A DNA stretch of 64,000 nucleotides, from contig CM075988.1 in NCBI GenBank assembly GCA_038087875.1, positions 5,704,001 through 5,768,000 of the forward strand, given 5' to 3'. The position numbers and the translations under genes are program-made. This stretch comes from Malacoraja senta (lineage: Eukaryota). This document shows positions 52,571 to 64,000 of this stretch, one piece after another (within the stretch, counting starts at the first letter, position 1; each line of letters begins with the position of its first letter). The notes below the pieces were generated by a model. That model did not search any database, was not told the DNA's origin, and worked only from the letters and a program-made list of their open reading frames with translations.

Positions 52571-53110
52571 TAATCTGGTCTTCGTTTGTGCGGATTGATT
52601 GTTCAATACTGGAGATAACTTAAACATAGGGAACTGCAGATGCTGATGAAGGGTCGTGATGTATAACATCGCCTATCCATGCTCTCCAGAGATGCCAATC
52701 TACCTATCAACCCCCCCCCCCCCTCTTGTATCCATCTATTATTTGCAGACTTTGTCCTGCCCCTCCTCGCTTCCACTTTACTTCCCCCTCCGACCACACA
52801 ACTGGTCTTTAGAAGGGTCCCTATCCATGTTCTCCAGAAATGCTGCCTGACCCGCTTCGTATCTCCAGCACGTTGTGGTTTTTACTAACAATAACTTCCT
52901 TGTTCTTCTTCAAGATGGATCTTTTACATCCACCAGAGAGGGCAAAAGGAGACTCCAGTTAATGCCGAACCTAAAAGGTAGCTAAACAGAGGTCAATGAT
53001 TCATAGGAGTCTTTAAAGGAGACAAGTATGGCATGACGAATGCAGGTTTGGAATTGGAGTTGACATTGGGGACTGGAGAAGATTGCATGAACTCAGCATA
53101 GATCAAGTTG

Positions 53111-53400
53111 GGCAGCACACTGGTGCAGCGGTAGAGTTACAGCCTTACAATGCCAGAGACCCGGGTTCGATCCTGACTACAGGTGTTATTGGTACTGAGT
53201 TTGTACGTTCTCCCTGTGGTCACGTGGGTTTCCTCCGGGTGCTTTTTTCCCTCCCACATCCCAAAGACGTGCGGGTTTGTAGGTTAATTGGCTTCGATAA
53301 AATTGTCCCTAGTTTGCAGGACCGTGCTAGCGTATGGGGTCGGCACTGGTCGGCACGGACTCGGTGGGCCGAAGGGCCTGTTTCCATGCTGTATCTCTAA
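53111..53400 (+). mobile_element. V-SINE (HE1-like)
   Basis: Full copy. Confidence 0.8.
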
Positions 53401-56400
53401 ATTCAATGTTTAAAAGTGAAGTCTAAGTCTAAAGGTGTTCCATCCGTTGCTCCCATCCTTGGCCCCATAGCAGAAGCGTCCAGGTCGCGGGGGTGGAAAC
53501 TGGAAGTATCCCGAGCTAATTCTGCTACTACCATCATCTATTATGACAAGTGATGGCTTCCACTGATTGTCACCGGAAGCTTGCGTCCTTTTCAGGACGG
53601 ACGATGACAGCGAGGCCAACATTTGTACCAAGATGGACACAAAAAAAAAGAAGAAGCTCCCCTCTATACAGTGACCCCTCACTCACTCTGCTACCTCGAT
53701 GATCTTTGCCAGACTGGCACTGAGAATATAAAAGGATGTCATGAGGGAGGCTGGAGACACGGTTAAATAAATCAACTTAGTGATGACAGTTTAAGGAAGA
53801 AAAGTCTGTGGAGACCAAGTCAGTGGATATTTTTTAGGCAGAGATAGATAAATTCTTGATTAGTACGGGTGTCAGGGGTTATGGGGAGAAGGCAGGAGAA
53901 TGGGGCTAGGAGAGATAGATCAGCCATATCTGAATGGCGGGGTAGACTTGAGGGGCCGAATGGTCTAATTCTGCTCCTATCACTTCTGAAAAGAAGGAAG
54001 GAAAAGCTGTTCCAGATAGATTGGCTGGGTAGAGCAGGGCACAAAGTTAGGGCCAGGCAATAACCTGGAGGAGAAGAGGCTGCAGATACAAGGAACATTG
54101 AAGAGGCTTTTAGATAGACACGTGGATATGGAGGGATATGGATCATGTTTTATATATATTATCCAGTTTTCACTCCATATTAAACACAATTCCTACAATA
54201 CCAGGGTAGAATTGTCAAAGACTTGAGGGCAAAGCTTTAAAATGAGAGGTGCACAGTTTAAAGATGTGTGGGGCAGGTTGTTTACATGGGATGGTGGGTG
54301 CCTGGAATGCATTGTCAGGGCTGGTGGTGGAGGCAGATACGATAGTGGCATTTGAAAGATTTTCAGACAGGCACGTGGATATGCAGGAATATGGATCATG
54401 TATATGTAGGAAGGAACTGCAGATGCTGCTTTAATCCAAAGATAGACACAAATAGCAGGAGTAACTCAGCGGGTCATTCAGCATCTCTGGAGAAGAAGAA
54501 TAGGTGATGTTTTGTGTAGAAAAGAAGGGTCTCGACCCGAAAAGCCACCTATTTCTTTTCTCCAGAGATGCTATCTGACCCGCTACTCCAGATTTTTGTG
54601 TCTAGCTTTAGTTTCACATCATGTTCGGCACAGATATTGTGAGCCGAAGAGCATGTTCCTGTGCTGTAATGTTTGCTCTATGCTCTATAAACAGCATTCA
54701 GGGGGCAGCAGGGGCAGGGAAGGCTTTACAGCTGAGGATTAAGGTTCAAAGGTAGAGGGTTGAGGGTCATGAGGATGTGTCACAGAGTCAACGAGTCATA
54801 CACATAGTCCCATCAGCCCACATTTGGCCCATATCCCTTTAAACCTTTCCTATCCATGTACCTGTACAAATGTGTTTTAAATGTTGTTATTGTACCTGCC
54901 TCTAATACCTCCTCTGGCACCTCGTTCCACAATCCCACCGCATTCTGTGCGATAAAACTTCTACCCAGGTTCCTAATAAATCTTTCCCCTTTCATCCAAA
55001 ACCTATGTCCTCTGGTTCTTGATTTTGTGAATATCTTCGGTGTAAACCAACATCTGCAGTTCCTTCCCACACTAAAAGCATGTTTTATTTGGTATTTCTG
55101 CCTAGGTAGGTTTTATTGGTATCCCTCCTAGACAGGTACATGGATTGGATAGGTTTAGAGGGATATGGGCCACAAGCAATTGCAATGGTGCCTGCATCAA
55201 CTACCTCTTCCGGTAGCACGTTCCATACAACCACCACCCTTTGTGTAAAAAGGCTACCCCTCAGATTATTACTAAATCTATCCCCTTCACCTTAAACGCA
55301 TGTCCTCTGGTTCTCAATTCCCCTAGTCTTGGCAAAAGACTGTGCCTTCACCCCATCTATTCCCCTCATGATTTTATATCACCCCTCATCCTCCTGCACT
55401 GCAAGAAATCCTTTTTACAGCAAAATGACATCCTTCCTACAGCAGGGTGACCGAAACTGACCACAATACTCCAAATGTGGCCTCACCAACGAGTTGCACA
55501 ACTGTAGCATGACATCCCAACTCTATACTCAATACCCTGACTGATGAAGGCCATTGTACCAAAAGCTTTCTTGACCACCCAATCTACAATGAGGCCACTT
55601 TCGGGGAACTATATACCTGCACTCCTAGATCCTTCTGCTCTGCAGCACTCCCAGCACCCTACTATTCACTATGAAGTTCCTGCCCTGCTTAGACTTCCCA
55701 AAATACAACACCTCACACTTACCTATATTAAACTCCATTAGCCATTCTTCAGCCCACTTGCCCAGCTGATCAAGATCCCGCTGTAATTTGTGATAGCTAT
55801 CTTCGCTGTCTAGGAAACAACCCACTTTAGTGTCGTCTGCAAATCAGATTAGCTCATGTTTTTTTCAAGAATGAAGATGGGAAGTGTGTTTCATGTATGT
55901 TGAGGCATTGGTGAAGACAGCAGAGAGTGTAAGACGTTTCCCAGATGTTGTAAGGTTCTTGGCTACAGATGTTGGATAAAAATTCCACTTCAGTCTGAGG
56001 AGTGAGTTTGGGATGGTATTGATATGAGACCCACAGTCAGCTGACACTTCCTGACTGTTTGAGTTGTAAACACTGACTCTGGGTTGAAACTGGGTCGGGT
56101 AGACTGGTATCATTAGCCTAAGAAGTACACCATTTTTCTATTGTGTGCTGTTCTCATTTATTACTCATCGTACCTGAACTAAATCACCTCTGGAATATTG
56201 CAAAGTTAAATATAATAATTTTATGCGGGATTTGGATGCTTCTTGAAAGTTTCTCCTCTCGTTGGAGATCCTGAGTTTGTACATCATCTAATCTGGTATG
56301 TTTTTATTCTGCTGCCATTATTTAGCTTATCATTTGAGACCCTGACTATCTATTTAAATGGGCATAAGGGACCCTAAAGCACCATTCAAGGCATAATTCA

Positions 56401-58165
56401 CCAGTGAGAATGTGAGATAACATAGAACTAGGGTGAATGGGTAGAGCCATGGAGTGATACAGCATGGAAACAAGCCCTTCGGCCCAACTTGCCCACATTG
56501 GCCAACATGTCCCAGCTACAATCAGTGGGCCGAAGGACCTGTTTCCATTTTGCATCTCTAAACTAAACTAAACTAAACTAACCATGTCCTGCTTGACACA
56601 TTGAGTTATTCTCGCTCTGTGTTTTAAGATTCCAACATCTGCTCTTCCTTGTGTCTACAACATTCAATGCTCTAGATTTCACACAACATTGTGGCCACAC
56701 AGAGGTGAAGGTTGGGCGCTGGCCTTCGTGTATTTTGCAGACACTCTTGTGTTGTGTAAAATTCTTTATAGTAACTGTAATTACAGTTCAGGGGTGTCAC
56801 AGTGTCGCAGCTGGTAGTGTGAGAACATGCAAGCTCCAAAGTTTGGCAATAGGGACATGTAGGTAGAGGACTTGGGCTTCGAGAATATTCTGTATAAGAC
56901 ATTATATCCACCAGAAAACGGTAAAGCAAAGAATGGGCCGAAGGGCACTGTATCTCCAAATTAAACTAAACTAACTGAGTGACATTGCAAAGGAGAATTA
57001 CGCCAATAGATCGCTTATTTACTTATGGTTTTTTTCCAGAGCTCTGAGATGAATCTCATAGAGCTATAAAATCATAGTCAGAGAGGAGAGAAACAAGCTG
57101 TTCGGCCCAACTTACCCACACCGACCAACATGCCCCATCTATGCTAGCCCCACCTGCCCGCGTTTGGCCCATATGCCTCTAAACCTTAGAAAGGCACAAA
57201 ACACTGGAGCACCTCAACAGGTCAGGCAGCATCCCTGCAGAACATGGATAGGTAACGTTTTGGGTCAAGACCAGTTTTTAGACTGAAGAAACCTTTCAAT
57301 CTTTCAACCTTCGATCCTCTAAACCTTTCCCATCTCTGTGAATGCAGCTTGAGAAATGCGTTCCTCTCTGAGATTGATGGTTATTTTGAATAAAAGTCAA
57401 CTTTTATTTGTAATAAGTCTTGACTCTTCATAGATGCCAACAGGACAGCGTGAGCCCTTCCCTCCTCCCGAGCTGGGAAATCTGCTTCCAGTGTGAGCCG
57501 GGATAGACCTTTACACTCTTGGCACACTGCCAAGTGGACGGGGGCATCAGCTCTCTAGGGAAAGGCATCCTTATCTGTTAGTTTTACTCATTTGGGTTGA
57601 CATTTTAGTTGACATTTCGTGCACGATTGTGCTCTAAGGCTGTAAAATCATAAAGAACAAGAAGAATATTTTTCATGTTTTTATGAGTATTTTTGTTTTC
57701 TGTGGCCACGAGCATTACTGACTGCTTGTCCCAGATGATTCAGTGGTGCTCACCACCACAGTGACGGGGATGGAGGCTGGGGTTGACCGGCTGTCAAAGC
57801 CATCGTGTGGGAGCAGCCACTTGTGCAGTGCTCGGCTGGGCTGTTGTGGAGTGGGTTCGACAAAGGACACAGGACACAGGACACTGTACCAGGCCACACT
57901 GGAACACCCAGCAAGACTCTGGGATGGGCCAAAGCAAAATCCCCCCCCCCCCGACATATTCATGAGATGAGTGTGTGAACTAATTGCAGAAACATGTATA
58001 ATGGCACACACACACACACACACGGCCCTAGTGCATTTATAATGGCACAAATTAGTAAGTTTGCAGATGACAAGAAAGTGAAAACAGCAATGGCGCATCT
58101 ACCCTCTCTATTCCCCTCATGAACTTATACACCACTATAAGATCACTCATCCTCCTGCTTGCTAA

Positions 58166-58401
58166 AGGGCCTGTCCCACTTTCACGACCTAATTCACAAC
58201 CTTTTTTACTCGTGGACATTTTTCATCAGGCTAGAAAAACGCCCGACCTACTTGATGCCATGAGTACCTACGACTAGCATCACGGCCTGCTACGACCTAC
58301 CTACGACCTCCTGCGACCTCGTGACGACCATGCTGCGAGTACGACTCAAGGGCAAACTCGGCAGAGGTCGTGAATTGGGTTGTGAAAGTGGGACAGGCCC
58401 T
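58166..58401. mobile_element. PIF/Harbinger-type MITE inserted in CR1
   Basis: Highly similar to 10596-10823; TSD TAA/TAA. Confidence 0.85.
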
Positions 58402-58404
58402 TAA

Positions 58405-59790
58405 AGGAATAAAGTCCTAACCTGGTCAACCCCTCGCTACAGCTCAACCCCTCAAGTCCTGGCAACATCCTCGTGAATGTTCTCTGCACTCTTTCCTACT
58501 GCAGGGTGACCAAATTTGAACACAATACCCCAAATATGGCCTTACCAACATCTTGTACAACCATAACATAGCATCCCAAGTTCCACACTCAATACCCTGA
58601 CTGATGAAGTGTTACGAAAGCCTTCTTGACCACCCTATCAACCTGTGATACCACTTTCAAGGAACTGTGCACCTGCCCTCCTAGATCCCTCTGCCCTACA
58701 ACACTCCCCTGAGCCCTGCCATTCACTTTGAATGTTCACCAGTATTAAATGGTGATTCATATTTCTCAGCTAGGGCATCTGCAATTTCTTCTCCAACTTC
58801 CCACAGTGTCTGTGGATATGTTTGATCAGGCTCGGGAGATTTGTCTACATTCATATGCCTTACAATGTTCAACATCCTCTTGACTGTAAGCTCGACCGTT
58901 TCCATTAACTATCCCCAGTTCCCCTGTCTTTGTGTCTTTCTCTATGGTAAAAACAGCGGAGAAATATTCATTGAAGACCTTGCCCATCATCCGTGGCTCT
59001 ACACAGAGGTGACCACTTCAGTTTCTGAGGGGCCCTATTCTCTCTCTAGTCACCCTCTTTCCATTAATGTACTTGTAAAATCTCTTTGGATTTCCCATAA
59101 TATTATCTGCCAGAGCTATCTCCTGCCCAACTTTTGCCCTCGTGACTTTCTTCTTAAATATGCTCCTCGGGTCCCGAAATCCCTCCAGGGATACGCTTGA
59201 TCCCAGCTGTCTGTACCTGTCCCATGCCTCCTTTTTCCTGACCACAGATTCAATTTCCCCCATCATCCAGGCTTCCTTACTCCCACCTGCCTGGCCCTTC
59301 ACTCAAACAGGAACATGCATGCCCTGAACTCTTGTCACCGCACTTTTAAATACATCCCACTTTCCGGACTTCCTTTGCCCGCAACCAACCTGCTCCAATT
59401 AACTTCAGCACGGTCCTGTCTAATACCTTGCCCCATTTCAGTATTTTTACTCATAACCCCATCCTGTCTTTATTCGTAATTATTTTAAAGCTATTAGAAC
59501 AGTAGCCACCGTTCCCAACAGGCTGGCACACAGGCACCTCAGTCCCAATTTCCAAGAGTAGATCAAGCTATGCCTTTTCCCATGAAGGGCCCTCTACATG
59601 TTGCCTGAGGAAACACATTGAACGCAATTGACAAATACAACCTTGTCTAAGTCTTTTGCACTATGACACTATATTGGGAAAGGTAAAATCCTGTACTATC
59701 CAAACCTTATTAGTCTTGCAGCTGCCTGCAACCTCCTGGCATATTTGTCCTTCTAATTCCCATTGACTGTTTGGGGGCCTGTAGTAGATT
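58405..59790 (-). mobile_element. Old degraded CR1 ORF2 fragments
   Basis: NPKRFYKYINGKRVTRERIGPL and VDKSPEPDQTYP remnants. Confidence 0.7.
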
Positions 59791-61046
59791 CCCTTTTTTT
59801 TTAAATTTCTCAGGATGTTGGGGAATCTTTGGGAATTCCCTCTCCCAGAGCTGTGTTGGCCCAGTCACTGTGTTCCCTCAAAGCGGAAATCAACAGATAT
59901 CTGGATGATGAAGCAAAATGGGGGCAGTCCAGGAAAACGGTGCTGAGGCCAAAGATCCATCTTGATGTTAGCGATGGTATGGTGGAGCAGGCTTGGAGAG
60001 GAGGGGATGGCTCCTCTTGCTCTTATGCCCGGCTGTGAAAGAAGGTGAATGTACCTCTCTCTGGATCCAGCGTCGAGTTGCTTGACCATCTAGGTTTAGT
60101 GTGACGTGGCTGCAGAAGGGTTGCTCCTCTGGTGTTAGCTGAGTACACTAGGAGGAAGCATCCTGACTCACTTTCAATGTCCCCATCCTGGCCCGACCAT
60201 CATTCTGCCGACCCAGAGTTGTAAGATATGATTCAAAGGGATTGGAGACTGGGCTCAGTGAATCTCTGACACCGTTGCAGTTGAGCCTGGATGAGGAAGT
60301 GAGCCACATTGACTCCTGGACACGTCCTTCACAGAGAGCAAGCAACTTGAAATTTGGATAGACACAAAATGCTGGAGTAACTCAGCGGGACAGGCAGCAG
60401 CTCTGGAGAGAAGGAATGGGTGACGTTTCTGATCAAGACCCTTCTTAAGAAGACCATTCTCCAGAGAGGCTGCCTGTGCCGCTGAGTTACTCCAGCATTT
60501 TGTGTCTATCTTTGGTTTAAACCAGCATCTGCAGTTCCTTCCTACACAACATGAAATCTGGTTTGGCTGAATTTGGAGCATTTGTACAGATCTAGTGACC
60601 CCTTTACAGGAAGCATGTGGAGGCTTTGGAGATAGGCGTGCAGAAGAGGATGACCAAAATGCTAATAAAAATGAACTGCAGACTCTGGGTTTATACCAAA
60701 GATAGGCCCAAAATGCTGGAGTTACTCAACGGGTCAGGCAGCATCTCTGGAGAAAATAGACATGTGACATTTCGGCTCGGAACCCATCTAAAAAACAGGA
60801 TCACCATTCATTACCAAAATGCTGCCTGGATTCGAGGGTCTTAGCTATAAGTAGGGTTTGGACATATTTCGATTCTTTTCTCTGGAGTGATAGAAGGTGA
60901 GGGGGAGATATAATGGAAGATAATAAAATTAGGAGAGGTATATAGACGGTCAGAACCTTTTTCCCCAGGGTGGAAATGTCAAAGACTAGAGGGGATGACT
61001 ATCTGGTCAGAGAGGGGAAGTTTAACGGAGATTAAAGTGAGAATAG

Positions 61047-61278
61047 TCAAGTCAAGTCAAGTCACATTTATTTATATAGCACATTTAAAAAACAACTCTC
61101 GTTGGCCAAAGTGCTTTACATTTGTTATAAGAATAATATAAACAAACAAACTACATACATATATACATATAGCCCTCGCTCAGAGGACGTCAAGAAAGGC
61201 TTGGGAGTATAGATACGTTTTTAGTCTTGACTTAAAGGAGTCGATGGAGGGGACAGTTCTGATGGGAAGGGGGATGCT
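61047..61278 (-). mobile_element. L2 LINE 3' end
   Basis: SFKSRLKTYLYSQAF remnant; tgtaaagcacttt...gctatataaataaa; (gactt)n tail. Confidence 0.75.
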
Positions 61279-62096
61279 TCTGCAATGTGTAAGAAGAATA
61301 GGTGCCTGGAACACGCTGCCAGGGGTGGTGGTGGAAGCAGATACGATAGTGACATTTTATAAGCTTTCAGATAGACACATGAGTGTGCAGTGAATGGAGA
61401 GATGTGGAACATATGCAGGCAGAGGGGATTAGTTTAAACAGGCATCATGGTCAGCACAGACATCGTGGGCCGAAGGGCCTGTTCATGCTGTACTGTTCTA
61501 CGTTCTGTTTATGAACAGGCAAGCAGGTACTCAGTGCCTCCCAGTGATCAACCATCCAATTTGCAGAAACAAGAGATGGTGTTTGTGAATGTGTGTGTCT
61601 CTCTCTCTCTCCCTCTCCCTCTCCCTCTCCCTCTCTGTCTCACTGAGATTTCTAATTCAGGAACAGTAAGCAATGCTAAGATGACATTACATTGAAGGAA
61701 CAAGGAGGAAATAGATCATTGCAGAAAATCAACTCAGCGGGACAGGTAGCATCTCTGGAGAGAAGGAATGGGTGTCGTTTCAGGTCGAGATACTTCTTCA
61801 GTCTGAAGAAGGGTCTCGATCCCCAAACGTCACCCATTCCTTCTCTCCAGAGATGCTGCCAGTCCCGCTGAGTTACTCCAGCTTTTTGTGTCTATCTTCG
61901 GTTTAAACCAGCATCTGCAGTTCCTTCTTACACATTGCAGAAGATCAGTTCAGTCTAGTTTATTGTCACGTGTACCGAGGTACAGTGAAAAGCATTTGTT
62001 GCGTGCTAACCAGTCAGCAGAAAGGCAATACATGATTACAATAGATCCATTGCAGATACATGATAAAGGGAATGACGTTTAGTGCAAGGTTTAGTG

Positions 62097-62853
62097 CAGG
62101 GGTGGGGAACCTGTGGCCTTAAAGTGGCACGCGGCCTTCTAGGCCATTAATTGCGGCCTTTTGAATGAATCCACATTTTGTAGAAGAACTCCTTTTATTT
62201 TTATTAATATGTTTTTGTTTGTCTTTTTTTAAATGAAAGTATTTTAAAATGAAAGTATTTAAAATACCAAAGAGTAAAAGAAGATTCAACGAAATTAGCA
62301 TTTTTTAGCATTCAAATTAGCATTTCAACCTCACCTAGTTGATGTCTCCAAGGCTCCTAAAGAACTATAGATGGAATTGATTGAGCTCTCAGAACACATT
62401 TTAAAGTCCTTATTTGACGCTAAGAAAGATCCGATTGAAATATGGAAAAATGTAATCGAATACCCACATCTTCAGCAACATGCACGAAAAATGCTTTTTT
62501 GCTTTTCAACCACTTATCTACGTTCTCCTACATAACCCAAATCAAGAAGCCCTTAAGGTCACAAATGACGGACACCCATCTAGAAGATCAGCTGAAACTG
62601 CGTACCTCCATGTTGCAACCAAATACTCAAATACTTTCCCACAAAAGGCAGTCACAACAAAGTCATTTAAAGGTTAGTTCACTTTAGAATTAACAGATTT
62701 TTTCATTTTCTTGAAGTTAGTACACAGTAGTTAGATTTTTACAAAATAATGTACATTTTGAAGTATATCTAATTGAAGTTTCTTGGATGCGGCCTTGTTA
62801 GATTACAGCTAATTTAATGTGGCATTCCAACATGAAAAGGATCGCCACCCCTG
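62097..62853 (+). mobile_element. hAT (Charlie/Buster-type) deletion derivative with a transposase C-terminal remnant
   Basis: TIRs CAGGGGTGGGGAACCT / AGGATCGCCACCCCTG; TSD gtttagtg/atttagtc (6 of 8 match, central TA); remnant LRSQMTDTHLEDQLKL...QPN...QSQQSH. Confidence 0.8.
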
Positions 62854-64000
62854 ATTTAGTCCAAGGTAAAGTCAGCAAAGTCCAATCAAGGATAGCCTGA
62901 GGGTCACCAAAGAGGTAGAAGATTCATTCCTACCTACTGCGGAGGTCCTGTTGTTGGCCTGGTCCTTTCCCGGGGCTGTGCCAGTGTGCAAGGCACGTAG
63001 CTGGATGGAAACTATGGGTTTACTCAGCTGCGTACGTTCTAATCCAGGGCACATGCCACAGTTTAAGTGGCGAGAGCACAGAGAGCCCTGTCAGAAAGGA
63101 GAATGTGTCAGCTCCAACCCATTGCACGGATTCCTTGAACAACCTACGTTGTTTATTGCCTTGGTTAGGATTATACAAAGTGATTAAAAACGGATTAAGA
63201 TAACATAAACACATTGGGAGCAGCCCACCTGAAATGGCCCCCGAACTTGCCCTTCTGCTCTGAGGTAAGACCACCATGTTCCCCATACTCCTGCTGTGTG
63301 CTGACCCCACTCGCCTGGACACTGGTCATGCTCCTGACCCACTGCTTCACACTCAAGGACTGTGTCCCCTTTACCAGCTAACCTTTAAAATAAACACCCG
63401 TCAGATGAATGAATTTCACCAACAAATCCTGCACAAACTCCAGAGGACTTTTCGCGGTGGGATGCCAATATCTCAGAACCAAATCTCCGCGTGTTTTATT
63501 CTGCTAGAGAGTCAACATGTGGGTAATCCTTTCAAATGCCTGTATTGTCAACATTGCTGATGGAGGTGAATTATTCAAAATCCAAAGTTCTGGCAGAGGT
63601 TGTCAGGGAGATTGCTGATGGCCACAGCCAAGGGACATGGCTTTCATTAGATGTGTAGGGAAGAACTGCAGATACTGGTTTAAATCGAAGATCAACACAA
63701 AATGCTGGAGTAACTCAGGCATCATCTCCAGAGAAAAGGAATGGGTGACGTTTCGTGCCGAGACCCTTCTTCAGACTGAAGAAGGGTCTCGCCCCGAAAT
63801 GTCACCCATTCCTTTCCAGTGATGCTGCCTGTCCCGCTGAGTTACTCCAGCATTTTGCGTCTATCTTTGGCTTTCATTGGAAATATTTCTTAAGCCAAAA
63901 TACCCAGCAAAGCTCCCATAGTGAGATGGAATAGGCAGATGCATCGAGGCAGAGATTGGAACGTTATAACAGACCCATAACTATGCCTGGATCTTATGGT

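Noticed and set aside
57700..58050. Possible KCNJ1 promoter or first exon (minus-strand TATAAAT about 58034-58040)
   Set aside because: No convincing splice donor or other support from sequence alone

Overview
Vertebrate genomic DNA. The repeat complement (HE1-type V-SINEs, CR1, Rex1, Penelope) suggests a cartilaginous fish such as a skate or ray; the species is not identified. The only host gene I can support is the single coding exon of KCNJ1 (Kir1.1/ROMK, 369 aa, minus strand, 48911-50020). It departs from mammalian ROMK at several regulatory residues. The rest is mostly nested transposon debris: CR1, Rex1, L1, L2, Penelope, an RTE-like tail, solo LTRs, Harbinger MITEs, hAT, microsatellites and a 10-bp minisatellite. 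A 6.8-kb block (33476-40276) recurs across a 200-N gap (40477-47349) and may be an uncollapsed haplotype. The most notable non-coding signals are: (i) many Penelope-derived short elements with a minimal hammerhead-ribozyme core, often as fold-back palindromes; (ii) a GC-rich non-autonomous retroelement family with covarying hairpins; (iii) a minisatellite whose unexpanded progenitor is in the window; (iv) snap-back copies of target DNA at retroelement 5' junctions. Family names come from motif recognition, not database searches.
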